From Candidatus Berkelbacteria bacterium (GTDB taxonomy: Bacteria > Patescibacteriota > UBA1384 > JACPKC01), in the NCBI GenBank assembly GCA_020429585.1, contig JAGQLE010000020.1, positions 1 to 57,078 of the forward strand: 57,078 nucleotides of DNA, given 5' to 3'. The notes beneath the pieces are model-generated. The model did not search any database. It worked only from the letters and a program-made list of their open reading frames with translations, and was not told the origin of the DNA. Below, one piece after another: positions 9,955 through 20,053 of the stretch (the stretch's first letter is position 1; each line of letters opens with the position of its first letter). The translations under genes were made by a program, and so were the position numbers.

Positions 9955-10278
9955 ATGGTCCAAACCTATAACAAACTCATTAGAGACAAAGTTCCACAAA
10001 TTATTGAAGATTCAGGCCATTTAGCAAGTCTAAGAGTCTTAACTGAAAATGAGTTTGACCAAGCCTTGCAAGATAAATTACGCGAAGAAGTCGCTGAGTT
10101 TATCGAATCGAAGGAAGTCGAGGAACTTGCTGATATCCTAGAAGTCGTGTACTGTCTCGCTGATCGTGTTGGCCACACCCCGGAGTCGATTGAGCACTTG
10201 CGCTCAAAAAAAGCCGCCCAAAAAGGCGGTTTTCTAGAAAGGATATTCTTAATTGAAACCGAAGAAGAGGCATTCTAA
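9955..10278 (+). CDS. MazG-like / PRA-PH-like house-cleaning NTP pyrophosphatase
   Basis: YNKLIRDKVPQII ... EELADILEVVYCLA ... KKAAQKGGF. Confidence 0.7.
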   Translation: MVQTYNKLIRDKVPQIIEDSGHLASLRVLTENEFDQALQDKLREEVAEFIESKEVEELADILEVVYCLADRVGHTPESIEHLRSKKAAQKGGFLERIFLIETEEEAF

Positions 10279-10720
10279 CGTTCACGCCGCCTACCTTATC
10301 TTAAAAAAAGAGGGGAAGATACTGCTGGGCAAGCGGATTAATACCGGCTACATGGATGGTTATTTTGGTTTACCGGCCGGCCATGCAGAAGAGGGTGAGT
10401 CTCTTAGTCAGACGATGATTCGTGAGACTCAAGAAGAGATCGGCCTCTCCCTTCTTCCTGAACAGCTAAATTTTGTCTTTTTGCTACACCGCTTTAGCCT
10501 CGATAACCCGTCTCAGCAACCGGAACGGATTGATGTTTTTTACGAAGCTTTAAACTGGCAAGGCCAGATTACCAATCTAGAGCCGGAAAAATGCAGTCAA
10601 CTGACCTGGTTTAGCCCCACCGATCTACCCGTAAACACCGTACCGTATATAAAATACGCTTTGGCTAAGATTTCGAGTGGTGAAAATTACAGCGAACTGG
10701 ACTGGGATAAGCTAAGCTAA
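10253..10720 (+). CDS. NUDIX hydrolase
   Basis: Nudix box GHAEEGESLSQTMIRETQEEIGL. The start is uncertain (TTG at 10253 overlaps the upstream gene). Confidence 0.85.
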   Translation: MKPKKRHSNVHAAYLILKKEGKILLGKRINTGYMDGYFGLPAGHAEEGESLSQTMIRETQEEIGLSLLPEQLNFVFLLHRFSLDNPSQQPERIDVFYEALNWQGQITNLEPEKCSQLTWFSPTDLPVNTVPYIKYALAKISSGENYSELDWDKLS

Positions 10721-12520
10721 CTGATCAAGTTCTTGCTCGAACTGTATAATTTCTTGCTTAAGTAAATCTAGCCCCGACTGCCAAAAATCTCCTTGATTAA
10801 TATCAACGCCCATTTTTTGAGTAACTCGATAAGGATCAATCGAACCGCCGAGACTCAGAGCCTCAAGATAAGTGGGTACAAATGCCGACCCAGTTTGTCT
10901 ATACCTGGCATACAGGGCCTGTGACAATAACTCGCCAAAAGCATAGCTAAAAACATAAAAATTATAGTGGTAAAAATGTAAAACTGGCATCCACCAACTT
11001 TTATGACCATCAGTCAAGGTCAAACCTTGGCCAAACATTTTCTGAAGCCGATCTTGGAAGTATCGGTCGAATTCATCCGGACTAAGTTCGCCCTGGTCTC
11101 GTCGGTGATTAGTAATATCTAACTCAAACTGGTAAAAAGCAGTTTGGCGAAAAACTGTTGCAAACGAACTCTGAATCTTTTCTACTCGTAAATTCAATCG
11201 CTGCTTAGAATCAGTCAGTTGCTCAAACAAATAATCGTAAACTAAGCTTTCGCTAAAAACCGAGGCAATCTCCGCCGTTGCTGTCGACGGCCAAAAGTTA
11301 ACAACTGAGTTTGTCCGACTAAGATAACCGTGAATCGCATGGCCAAGTTCGTGAGCCAAAGTCGTAATGTCCCGAATCTCACCTGTAAAGTTCATAAAAA
11401 CGTACGGATGATGATTTGGACCCGTGTAGCTGCAAAAAGCACCGCCGCGTTTACCGGGACCAATCTCAGCATCGATCCAACCCTTATCAAAAAACTCCTT
11501 GGCGATTTTGGCTGCTTGACCAGAAAACTTTTCGAAAGAAGCTAAAACGATTTCCTTGGCTTGATCCCATGTATAAACTGATCTTTCGTTGGGATAGAGC
11601 GAAGAATAGCGGTCCCAATCATAAAGCTTATCTCCAACCAGCCGAGCTTTAGCCTGATAATACCTTTCGACCAGAGAATAATTTGCTTCGATTGTTTTAG
11701 TTAAGTTTTCCACCGTTTCGGGCTCGATCTCATAACCCAAAAATGTCGCCTGTTGCGGATATTTAAAACCGCGAAGTTGATCGTCAATCTTTTTATCCAG
11801 GAGTAGATTATTAAGAATATAGGCGTACAAATCACGTTGTCCAGCCAAGCCCTTTGTTAAGGCCTCCGAGCCTCTCTGGCGAGTTGCCCGGTCGGGATGG
11901 CTCTTATTTAAACTGGTCAGCTCCGCATAGCTGAGGCGCTGGGGCTGACCATCAACCTCAACTTCGTAAACTTGCTTCGAATCAGTCTGGTCATACAGCC
12001 TAACAAACGCCTGGCGACCAACTTGATTTTTTTGAACTAGAAGCTGCTCCTGATCCTCCGATAAGGAAAAAGGCTTTAAGCGCTGGCGGACCTTTAGATA
12101 ATGAGCGTAGCCTGATAAGTCAGGGTCTTTGATTAATTTATCCAAAGCTGACTCCGACAAGGCTTTAAGCGAGAGGTCGAACCAAACTAAGTCAGCATTC
12201 AGCTGAGAGCCAAATTCTTGAGTAGAGACGAATAACTTGGATCGCTCCGGATCAGTTGCTTTTTGAGCATACAAAAGGGAAGCGTAGCTCGAAATTAAAA
12301 CGGCCTGTTCAGATATTTCTTCGTACTGCCTTAGTACGAGTAGTAAATCCTTAGCGGTTATGCTGTCGCTAATCTTAGATCGCCAACCATCACTAAAGAC
12401 CCTAACCCTTTTTTCTAGATTCAAACGATCGGCTCTAAGTTTCGGATCATTAATTCCCGAGTAAAGCTCATTTAAGTCCCAGGCAATACCGTTGGCTGGT
12501 TTTGGGGTTGATTTTGACAT
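10712..12520 (-). CDS. pepF: oligoendopeptidase F (M3B metallopeptidase)
   Basis: 602 aa with the HELGH zinc motif and M3B-typical length and flanks. Confidence 0.85.
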   Translation of the reverse strand: MSKSTPKPANGIAWDLNELYSGINDPKLRADRLNLEKRVRVFSDGWRSKISDSITAKDLLLVLRQYEEISEQAVLISSYASLLYAQKATDPERSKLFVSTQEFGSQLNADLVWFDLSLKALSESALDKLIKDPDLSGYAHYLKVRQRLKPFSLSEDQEQLLVQKNQVGRQAFVRLYDQTDSKQVYEVEVDGQPQRLSYAELTSLNKSHPDRATRQRGSEALTKGLAGQRDLYAYILNNLLLDKKIDDQLRGFKYPQQATFLGYEIEPETVENLTKTIEANYSLVERYYQAKARLVGDKLYDWDRYSSLYPNERSVYTWDQAKEIVLASFEKFSGQAAKIAKEFFDKGWIDAEIGPGKRGGAFCSYTGPNHHPYVFMNFTGEIRDITTLAHELGHAIHGYLSRTNSVVNFWPSTATAEIASVFSESLVYDYLFEQLTDSKQRLNLRVEKIQSSFATVFRQTAFYQFELDITNHRRDQGELSPDEFDRYFQDRLQKMFGQGLTLTDGHKSWWMPVLHFYHYNFYVFSYAFGELLSQALYARYRQTGSAFVPTYLEALSLGGSIDPYRVTQKMGVDINQGDFWQSGLDLLKQEIIQFEQELDQLA

Positions 12521-12570
12521 AAACTTACCTTACTCTAACCTAATTTCTGCGACAACTGAAAGGAAACTAA

Positions 12571-13248
12571 ATGAATAATGGTCCGCAACACATTGGCATT
12601 ATTATGGATGGTAACCGCCGTTGGGCCAAGAAAAATGGACTTAAAGTAATTTTGGGCCATCAGAAAGGGATCGAGGCTCTCAACGACAAAATCCTTGACC
12701 GAGCTATTGAGAGGGGTGTAAAAATTCTTACTCTCTACGCCTTTTCAACCGAAAACTGGAACAGAATCCAAGAAGTGCCGGGCATGATGAAGCTGTTTGA
12801 AAAATATGCCCTCAAACGCAAAGCTGAGCTGGTCGAAAAAGGAGTCCAAATAAGAACCATGGGTGATTTTGAGCGCCTCCCAGAGAGTCTCAAACAGGCA
12901 CTAACTGGGCTCAAAGAGGCGACTCAACACAACCAGCAATTAATCGTTAATCTCTGCCTATCTTATGACGGCCGAAGCGAAATCCTGAAAGCTTGTCAAC
13001 GACTAAAAGAACAGGATCTCGAAATCAATCAAGCCAATTTCCAAGCCCAACTAGACAGTAAAGACCTGGCAGATCCAGAGCTCATCATTAGAACCAGCGG
13101 CGAACAACGACTGAGCGGCTTCTTGACTTGGCAGTCGGTTTATAGTGAGCTTTATTTTACACCGACCCTCTGGCCAGATTTCAATGAGTCAGAGCTCGAC
13201 AAGGCAATTGATTGGTATTTAGAGCGCAACCGAAGATTTGGGAAATAA
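12571..13248 (+). CDS. uppS: undecaprenyl-diphosphate synthase (cis-isoprenyl transferase)
   Basis: IIMDGNRRWA and RTSGEQRLSGFLTWQ. Confidence 0.9.
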   Translation: MNNGPQHIGIIMDGNRRWAKKNGLKVILGHQKGIEALNDKILDRAIERGVKILTLYAFSTENWNRIQEVPGMMKLFEKYALKRKAELVEKGVQIRTMGDFERLPESLKQALTGLKEATQHNQQLIVNLCLSYDGRSEILKACQRLKEQDLEINQANFQAQLDSKDLADPELIIRTSGEQRLSGFLTWQSVYSELYFTPTLWPDFNESELDKAIDWYLERNRRFGK

Positions 13249-13267
13249 AAGATAACAGGAGGCCAAG

Positions 13268-13744
13268 ATGGAATTAAAGGAAGCAGCATTCGCAGCTGGT
13301 TGTTTTTGGGGAGTAGAGGATAGCTTTCGCCAACTAGCTGGAGTTGAAAAAACTGAGGTCGGCTATATGGGTGGCAATACTGATAAGCCTTCCTATGAGC
13401 AGGTTTGTTCCGGTAAAACCGGCCACGCCGAAACTTTGCATCTTAAATTTGATCCGGAAGTTATCAGCTACCAAGAACTACTAAAAAACTTTTGGGAGAT
13501 CCACGACCCAACTACTATGAATAAACAAGGTCCAGATATTGGCTCGCAATACCGATCTGTTATTTTTTACTACGATGAAAACCAAAAAAATGCAGCCGAA
13601 CAATCAAAACAGGAACTTGACCAGAGCGGCAAGTACTCTAATCCAATTGTCACCGAAGTCACCCCGGCCACGGCTTTCAATCGGGCAGAGGAGTATCATC
13701 AGCAATACTACGAGAAAAATCCTCATAAACCCAAAGTCTGCTAA
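13268..13744 (+). CDS. msrA: peptide-methionine (S)-S-oxide reductase
   Basis: GCFWGVE active-site motif and YHQQYY. Confidence 0.9.
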   Translation: MELKEAAFAAGCFWGVEDSFRQLAGVEKTEVGYMGGNTDKPSYEQVCSGKTGHAETLHLKFDPEVISYQELLKNFWEIHDPTTMNKQGPDIGSQYRSVIFYYDENQKNAAEQSKQELDQSGKYSNPIVTEVTPATAFNRAEEYHQQYYEKNPHKPKVC

Positions 13745-13756
13745 AGGCATTCAGGA

Positions 13757-16639
13757 GTGGCAACTACTACAACACAATCGCAGCTACTTAAAGGGCTAAA
13801 TGGCGAACAATATCAGGCTGTTACTCATGGCAAGGGTCCGCTCTTAGTTGTAGCCGGAGCCGGCACCGGCAAGACCAAAGTCCTTACTCACCGGATTGCC
13901 TGGCTAGTCGAGCAAAAGCTAGCAAAACCCGAAGAAATTTTAGCCCTTACTTTTACCGAAAAGGCAGCGGGCGAAATGGAGAGTCGAGCTGACCAACTAC
14001 TACCTCTCGGACAAACCGGCGCTACAATCGAAACCTTTCATGCCTTTGGCGACCAATTCCTAAGGGAGAACGCTCTTGATTTAGGTTTACCCCCGGAATT
14101 TAGAGTACTTGGTAGTACGGAGCAGGAAATCTTTTTGAGTGAACGAATCGATCAAATCGAAGGACTGGACGCACTCAGGCCGGTCAGCAGCTCACGAAAA
14201 TTTATCAGCTCAATTCTGCGGACGATTTCTCGAGCAAAAGATGAACTCGTAACGCCGCTTAAGTATCTCGAAGTAACCAAGCAGCTTTTAGACGCCGCTC
14301 AGGACGATGAGCAGCGACAAGAGGCTAAGCGCCAGTATGAGCTGGCTATTATTTACCAGGCTTACGAGGATTACAAAGCGAGCAGCGGGGTAGTTGACTT
14401 CGGCGACCAGATCCTAATGCTCATCAAGCTATTTAAACACCATCCGAAAAAACTCCGACAGCTCCAGAGCCAATTCAAGTTTGTTCTAGTTGATGAGTTC
14501 CAAGACACCAATATCGGTCAATACCAACTAGTAAAATTATTAGCTAGTAAACACTCTAACCTAACCGTTGTTGGTGATGACGACCAAGCCATTTATAAAT
14601 TTAGAGGCGCAGCTGTCAGTAATATTTTGCAATTTATCAAAGACTATCCAGAGACGTCCAAGGTCGTCCTAACCCAAAACTACCGCTCGAGCCAACAAAT
14701 ACTGGATTGTTCGTATCGGCTTATTAAGCACAATAATCCAGACCGGCTCGAGGCCGAACTTAAAATTAACAAGCAACTCGAGGCGCAATTTAATAGCAAG
14801 CAACCAATTTTTACTTGGTACGAGCACGAGGCTGATGAACTCAATGACTTAGTACAAAAGATCAAAGCCGAAACCTGTACTCTTTCCGATATCGCTATCT
14901 TAGTCCGTTCCAATTCCCAAATGAGCGCCATTACCCGTCAACTTCGGCTCGCCGACATCAACTACCAGGTTAGTTCGGATCGAGATTTTATTGCCAAGCC
15001 GGAGATCCAGGGCGTAATTGCCTTTTTCGAGGCCCTAGTTGATCCTTATAACTCTCTAGCCTTAATGAAATTGGCTTTCTCGCCGTATTACCAGTTTGAG
15101 CCCGACTGGCTTCTTCAAATTAATAGCTTGGCTCGCAAAAATAACAGCTCGTTCGAAGAAATCATTAGCGCCAAATCGAGTATCGTTTGGCAAAGACTTT
15201 CAGCTGCCGGACAAAAATCAGCTGAGCAATTAGCCGATAACCTAGCTAGCTACCGCAAGTTGATCGGTAAAAAAAATCCCGGCGAAATTCTTTATCAATT
15301 CTTAAAAGACCGGGGAGTTTTAGAGCGTTTTAAAAACCAGGGTCAAGGGCAGGCGCAATTATTTAAAGACATACCCGACAATCGAGCTTTAGAAATCGTC
15401 CAAAACTTATCCGCCATCTTCGAAGCCATATCAGGCTATTTAGAGGCGAGCCGGGACCCATTTGCTCTAAGTTTTGTTACCAACTTACAAGAGCTACTCA
15501 GTCAAGTTACCCCTCCGTCAACCAACGTCGGACCAGACACAGAGGCAATAAATCTTATGACAATCCACGCTTCAAAAGGACTTGAATTCGAAGTGGTTTT
15601 TTTACCAGGCCTTACCAATGATCGCTTTCCGGCTCGCGCCAAGCACGACCCTTTACCGCTACCCGATCAGCTAATCGTCGAAGCCCTGCCTACTGGCGAC
15701 GAGAGAATCCAAGAAGAGCGCCGCCTAGCCTATGTAGCCATCACCCGAGCTAAACAGAAGCTTATTTTAAGCGCCCCTCAATTTGCCGGCACGGCCAAAC
15801 GCGCCAAGAAGATCAGCCGTTTTATTAACGAAGCAATCGACTTGCCAACCACTATTACCCCTATAAAAAAAGTCGGAGCAACAGAAAAAATAAAAACCTT
15901 TAAACCGGTTGTTCCGGTACCAACTAAAGCTCAATTTCCAATTTACAATGGCGTAATCTTTTTAACACCAGCGATGATCGATTGTTATAACAACGATCCT
16001 TATGATTTTTATTGGAAATACGTCTTAAAATCTCCGAGCCCGGCCTCTAGTCATTTGATCTACGGTACTGCTGTTCATGCTGCGATCGAAAGTTACTATC
16101 GCGGAAAAATTAACCAGAAACCCTTGACTGTCGATAAAGTTATCCAGAGGTTTTCCGAAGCCTGGAAAAACGAGGGTTTTGACAGCGCCGAGGAAGCAAA
16201 TCGACGATTTGAAGCTGGCATCCGAACAGTCAAAAATTTTTACGACCGAGCCGAGCAAAGTCCCATACCGGAACAAGTCGAAGAAACCTTTTTACTCAAT
16301 TTAGGCGATATCAGAATCAGAGGTCGAATCGATGCCCTGTATACAAAGTCCGGGGAAGTGGTCGACTTTAAAACCAGCAACGTCAAAGACCAAAAAGATG
16401 CCGACCGAAAAATCAAAGCCAACCTGCCGGTTAGAATTTACGCCTTGGCCTACTTAAAAAGATTTGGACGGCTCCCGCAAAAAGTAACTTTGGACTTTGT
16501 CGAAGCCAATCTCAAGGCCTCGCTTCAAATCTCCCAGGAAGTAATTGATTCAACCGAACAATTAATCCGTGACACTGCTACCAATATCAAAGCCGGTCAT
16601 TTTCCACCCAACCCCAATAATCCCTTTAAGGATTATTAG
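13757..16639 (+). CDS. UvrD/PcrA-family helicase fused to a C-terminal PD-(D/E)XK (RecB/Cas4-like) nuclease
   Basis: Helicase motifs AGAGTGKT, VDEFQDTN, QNYRS and TIHASKGLEF. C-terminal RGRIDALY...VVDFKTS nuclease motif. GTG start. Confidence 0.85.
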   Translation: MATTTTQSQLLKGLNGEQYQAVTHGKGPLLVVAGAGTGKTKVLTHRIAWLVEQKLAKPEEILALTFTEKAAGEMESRADQLLPLGQTGATIETFHAFGDQFLRENALDLGLPPEFRVLGSTEQEIFLSERIDQIEGLDALRPVSSSRKFISSILRTISRAKDELVTPLKYLEVTKQLLDAAQDDEQRQEAKRQYELAIIYQAYEDYKASSGVVDFGDQILMLIKLFKHHPKKLRQLQSQFKFVLVDEFQDTNIGQYQLVKLLASKHSNLTVVGDDDQAIYKFRGAAVSNILQFIKDYPETSKVVLTQNYRSSQQILDCSYRLIKHNNPDRLEAELKINKQLEAQFNSKQPIFTWYEHEADELNDLVQKIKAETCTLSDIAILVRSNSQMSAITRQLRLADINYQVSSDRDFIAKPEIQGVIAFFEALVDPYNSLALMKLAFSPYYQFEPDWLLQINSLARKNNSSFEEIISAKSSIVWQRLSAAGQKSAEQLADNLASYRKLIGKKNPGEILYQFLKDRGVLERFKNQGQGQAQLFKDIPDNRALEIVQNLSAIFEAISGYLEASRDPFALSFVTNLQELLSQVTPPSTNVGPDTEAINLMTIHASKGLEFEVVFLPGLTNDRFPARAKHDPLPLPDQLIVEALPTGDERIQEERRLAYVAITRAKQKLILSAPQFAGTAKRAKKISRFINEAIDLPTTITPIKKVGATEKIKTFKPVVPVPTKAQFPIYNGVIFLTPAMIDCYNNDPYDFYWKYVLKSPSPASSHLIYGTAVHAAIESYYRGKINQKPLTVDKVIQRFSEAWKNEGFDSAEEANRRFEAGIRTVKNFYDRAEQSPIPEQVEETFLLNLGDIRIRGRIDALYTKSGEVVDFKTSNVKDQKDADRKIKANLPVRIYALAYLKRFGRLPQKVTLDFVEANLKASLQISQEVIDSTEQLIRDTATNIKAGHFPPNPNNPFKDY

Positions 16640-17034
16640 TCCTCCAAAATGCGCAGCTCTTCTTTAAGCCAATTAATTGCCTTATCTCGTTCGGAAAAAA
16701 ATTTAATCGAGTCCCTCTTGCCGGATAGTTCAACTACTTTCTTAATCAGAGCCGCCTTGGTTTTACCCAACCGATCTTCTTTCCAATACACTGCTAAGCG
16801 ATCAAAATTATCAACGCCTAAGCCTCTAATTGAAGCGATCTGGGCGCCGGCGTCAAAACCCTCGAGTTCACTTAGGTCAACTAGGGTCATAATCCGGCTA
16901 AACAGTCTCATCTGCTCAGCATTCATCTTAAAACTTTCGGTGACGCTCTGTTGGATTTTGGCAGCACTTTGCCGCCCCGCTAAGGCGATGATACCGATTT
17001 TACTATGCAAATCGAGTTCGACTGAGTTTTCCAT
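16636..17034 (-). CDS. hypothetical protein, possibly STAS/SpoIIAA-like
   Basis: 132 aa. The C-terminal ...IKFFSERDKAINWL resembles SpoIIAA-like domain ends. I preferred it over the Ser/Leu-rich mirror ORF 16649..17041(+). Confidence 0.4.
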   Translation of the reverse strand: MENSVELDLHSKIGIIALAGRQSAAKIQQSVTESFKMNAEQMRLFSRIMTLVDLSELEGFDAGAQIASIRGLGVDNFDRLAVYWKEDRLGKTKAALIKKVVELSGKRDSIKFFSERDKAINWLKEELRILED

Positions 17035-17044
17035 ACTTTAAGTA

Positions 17045-17072
17045 TATAAAATAGACTCCCACAAGGGGAGTC
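17045..17072 (-). terminator. probable intrinsic terminator
   Basis: Stem GACTCCC/GGGAGTC (17054..17072) followed on the minus strand by TATTTTATA. It lies directly after the 17079..17621 gene. Confidence 0.5.
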
Positions 17073-17078
17073 CTTTAA

Positions 17079-17621
17079 TTATTTCCGATAGTATTCCCGC
17101 CAATAATTTGGCGGGTAGCTGGACCGCGGCTTTTGGCCGCAACCACTGGTAACAAGGTCGTCATCACAGTCTTCTTCTTTTTTTATCTTCAGCTCCTCAA
17201 CGGTCAATGGTGGAGTAGTAACAACGTATTCTTCACCATTAGAAACGTAACGAAGATTATCAAGGAGGTTCTTTATCTCCTGTTCAGCCACCAACGGACC
17301 AGTCAAGCTGTCGCGCCGCACTCCGAACCGTCCGCCGCTATTCAAGACCCGGGCAACAAATAGCCCCCTCTGATCATTATCCAGTCTTGCTTGAACATCG
17401 CTCGGAGACTCACCAACGCTCATGACGACGAGCAAGTCGCCGGCAGCAACCCGACGCAGCACCATCAAACGATCATCCTGGCCATAAGCGACAATCTGTC
17501 GCTCGCCAATCACTCGGTCAGCAACCTCAAATAATTGGCCAGCCGTCCCACCACAGTCTTCGGCACTAGCTACTCCGGCCATTGCCAAAAACAACAATCC
17601 AAAAACCATTTTTTTAAACAT
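17079..17621 (-). CDS. secreted hypothetical protein
   Basis: Signal peptide MFKKMVFGLLFLAMAGVASA, with Cys residues near both ends. Confidence 0.5.
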   Translation of the reverse strand: MFKKMVFGLLFLAMAGVASAEDCGGTAGQLFEVADRVIGERQIVAYGQDDRLMVLRRVAAGDLLVVMSVGESPSDVQARLDNDQRGLFVARVLNSGGRFGVRRDSLTGPLVAEQEIKNLLDNLRYVSNGEEYVVTTPPLTVEELKIKKEEDCDDDLVTSGCGQKPRSSYPPNYWREYYRK

Positions 17622-17677
17622 ACTCTTTCCACCCTTCCTGTTTTGAGTACCGGCTTTTATACCATATTGGCGCTAAT

Positions 17678-17705
17678 AAAAAAAGACCTGTGGCCACACA
17701 GGTCT
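17678..17705 (-). terminator. Rho-independent terminator
   Basis: 9-bp stem AGACCTGTG/CACAGGTCT (17684..17705) followed on the minus strand by T7. It lies directly after the HD-domain gene. Confidence 0.8.
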
Positions 17706-18902
17706 TTAGTAGTAAGCATTGGCTAGCAACGCTTTTTGTTGCAGGATTTCTTCGACAAATCCTGCAACCGTATTTTTTACTTGCTCAGTGACTATATCCG
17801 GATCCAAGTAAACCTGAATCACAAAATCAGTCGACTTTTTCATCTGGGGCAAGGGAATTGCTTCACCATTGTAACCCAAAAGCTTAAGGTCGATCTGTTT
17901 GTAAGTGCGACCCGAACCCAGGTAAACAATCACCTCTTCATCTTTGACATTTAGAACCTTGGCCAGCTGGTCGGCCAATTCGCCTCGCAACTGCCTAACC
18001 GACCCTAAGTAATGAGTTAGGTTCGATTTATCGACCACGCGATTATGTGCTAACCGATAAAAGCGCCAGCAATTAAGCTTCTCAATCAAACGCCGAGACT
18101 TCCAAGCCGCCTCTTTTAAAAGATACAAAATTGCCTCAGCTTCGGTTAGCTTAAAAAAACTCGGCCGAATATCACCGGCCCGAAAAGCAAAGTCCAAAGC
18201 CCGAAACAGCATTAAGCCAGCAGCTAAATTAACTGGACCGTAAGCAAATTGGTAAATCTGCTCCCGACAGCTGATCCAGCCGAGTATCTCCCGATTAATC
18301 ACCTGTGTTAAACCGTCCAACTCATTGACCAAGCAGATCTTGCCGCCCCTAAACCGAAAAGCCCGAGCGATCTTTTCCGGGGAATAGGGGAGACGGCCGC
18401 GAATTAAGCCCTGACTAACTCCATATCGCAACGAGTTGTCGAGATTATCAAGGTCAATGGTGCCGTTAATCAACTTGCCAAACGTGCCTTTGCCAATGAT
18501 TAAATCCAAAACTAAAGAAAAGTCTCCGTGTTTGGTTACTTCATCACCAAACTCACTGTTTTGCAGAACATCAATGGCAAATTCCTCATGGTTTTTACCC
18601 GTCACCTCGTAAAGCAAATGTTCGCTGGTGTGGCTGAATGGGGGAGTGCCGCAGTCATGCGCCAAGCAGGCACAAAAAATCTCAAAGCTAATCTCCTCAA
18701 AATCATCAGCAAGAAGACGCGCCAAGTAAGCCACACCGAGCGAATGTTCGAACTTGGTGGCACAGGTTGAAGCCGCAACAAAGGCAGGTGGTACGACACT
18801 CAATGATAAGTTGCGCAAATGCGCGATCTGCCTCGTCTGCAAAAGTTTAAGCTCCCGCCCGTTAACATCAATCTGGCCATAGAGCCGGTCAGAAATCTTC
18901 AT
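17706..18902 (-). CDS. HD-domain phosphohydrolase (dGTPase/SAMHD1-like dNTP triphosphohydrolase family)
   Basis: FEHSLGVAYLA and CLAHDCGTPPFSHTSEH. Confidence 0.8.
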   Translation of the reverse strand: MKISDRLYGQIDVNGRELKLLQTRQIAHLRNLSLSVVPPAFVAASTCATKFEHSLGVAYLARLLADDFEEISFEIFCACLAHDCGTPPFSHTSEHLLYEVTGKNHEEFAIDVLQNSEFGDEVTKHGDFSLVLDLIIGKGTFGKLINGTIDLDNLDNSLRYGVSQGLIRGRLPYSPEKIARAFRFRGGKICLVNELDGLTQVINREILGWISCREQIYQFAYGPVNLAAGLMLFRALDFAFRAGDIRPSFFKLTEAEAILYLLKEAAWKSRRLIEKLNCWRFYRLAHNRVVDKSNLTHYLGSVRQLRGELADQLAKVLNVKDEEVIVYLGSGRTYKQIDLKLLGYNGEAIPLPQMKKSTDFVIQVYLDPDIVTEQVKNTVAGFVEEILQQKALLANAYY

Positions 18903-19015
18903 GGTTCTCTCCTAATTATTAAGCTGCGACTCTAAAACTAGCAGAATTGTCGCTCTGAACAACTAGACCCTGCTAATCAGTTAAGTTAACTTAGATTCAC
19001 ACTCAAGGAGGTAAG

Positions 19016-20032
19016 ATGGAAATCGGAATCATTATTAGCCTAGCCGTAGTTGGCTTTGGCTTAGGTGCGGGTCTGTTTTTAGTTTTAAATAAGCTCAAAG
19101 ATCTAGAAAATAAAAAACAGGACGATCAGTCGTTGCAACTCCTCAACCAAAATATTCAAGGGATGCAGCAGCGCATCGACGACACCAATAAGAGTATTAA
19201 TGAGCGGCTCGACAACGCCGGACGGGTTATTGCCCAGGTTTCAAGAGAGCTTGGCACGATGAGCCAAATCGGCAGTCAGCTAGCTCATTTTCAAGATTTC
19301 CTTAAATCACCAAAGCTGCGTGGCAACTTAGGCGAGCAAGGCTTAAAGGACCTGTTAAGCCAGGCTTTGCCAGCCGAAAACGTTCGATTCCAATTTCGTT
19401 TTACGACCGGTGAAATAGTTGACGCGGCAATCAAACTCGATGCCGGCATTATCCCAATCGATTCCAAGTTTCCACTCGAAAACTTTAACCGCTACCTCAA
19501 AGAATCAGATGAAAAGCTCAAGAACTCCCATGCCAACGCCTTTCGTCGCGATTTCCGTAACCGAGTAACAGAAATCAGCAAAAAATACATTTTACCTGAC
19601 CAAGGAACAGTCGATTTTGCCATTATGTATTTACCATCAGAAACAGTTTATTACGAGCTGGTGACCTCGGACAAACTCCGTGACCTCTACGACTTTGCAG
19701 CTAACGAAAAAATTATCGTTGCCAGCCCAGCAACGTTCTTTTATTACCTAAGGACTGTCATGGTCGGCCTTGAAGGACAAAGAATTAATCAGATGGCCGG
19801 CCAAATCCTTAAGGCGCTACGAGCAATCCAACAAGAATCGAATAAGTTCGGTGATGGCGTTCGGGTATTGGGTAAACACATCACCAATGCTAAAAATACA
19901 ATGGATCAAGTTCAAAACGATTACGTTTCACTGGCCGGTAAAATCGAACGGGTAACACTAATAGAAACTGCTGACCAAGACCAATTAACAGGTTCGACAA
20001 ATCGAGAGAGGGAAGCTATACTTCAGTCGTAA
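19016..20032 (+). CDS. rmuC: DNA recombination protein RmuC
   Basis: N-terminal TM helix, coiled coil, and DFAIMYLPSETVYYE within an RmuC-type nuclease-like domain. Confidence 0.8.
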   Translation: MEIGIIISLAVVGFGLGAGLFLVLNKLKDLENKKQDDQSLQLLNQNIQGMQQRIDDTNKSINERLDNAGRVIAQVSRELGTMSQIGSQLAHFQDFLKSPKLRGNLGEQGLKDLLSQALPAENVRFQFRFTTGEIVDAAIKLDAGIIPIDSKFPLENFNRYLKESDEKLKNSHANAFRRDFRNRVTEISKKYILPDQGTVDFAIMYLPSETVYYELVTSDKLRDLYDFAANEKIIVASPATFFYYLRTVMVGLEGQRINQMAGQILKALRAIQQESNKFGDGVRVLGKHITNAKNTMDQVQNDYVSLAGKIERVTLIETADQDQLTGSTNREREAILQS

Positions 20033-20053
20033 TTAGCTTACGAAAGGATTAAT

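Noticed and set aside
16649-17041. 130-aa plus-strand ORF that mirrors the 16636..17034 minus-strand ORF
   Set aside because: Its Ser/Leu/Ile-rich, low-information composition is typical of an antisense shadow ORF. The minus-strand ORF has a protein-like composition and a plausible domain end. The same reasoning excludes the other shadow ORFs in the track, for example 470..712, 2806..3111, 4540..4839, 20060..20452, 20146..20499, 34032..34247, 36829..37071, 39697..40102 and 45929..46297.
17706-18902. The HD-domain dNTPase-like gene as an anti-phage dNTP-depletion defence gene
   Set aside because: It is an isolated gene with its own terminator, flanked by rmuC and a secreted protein. No defence-island neighbours such as restriction, Abi or toxin genes are present. 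A housekeeping dNTP triphosphohydrolase is the simpler reading.
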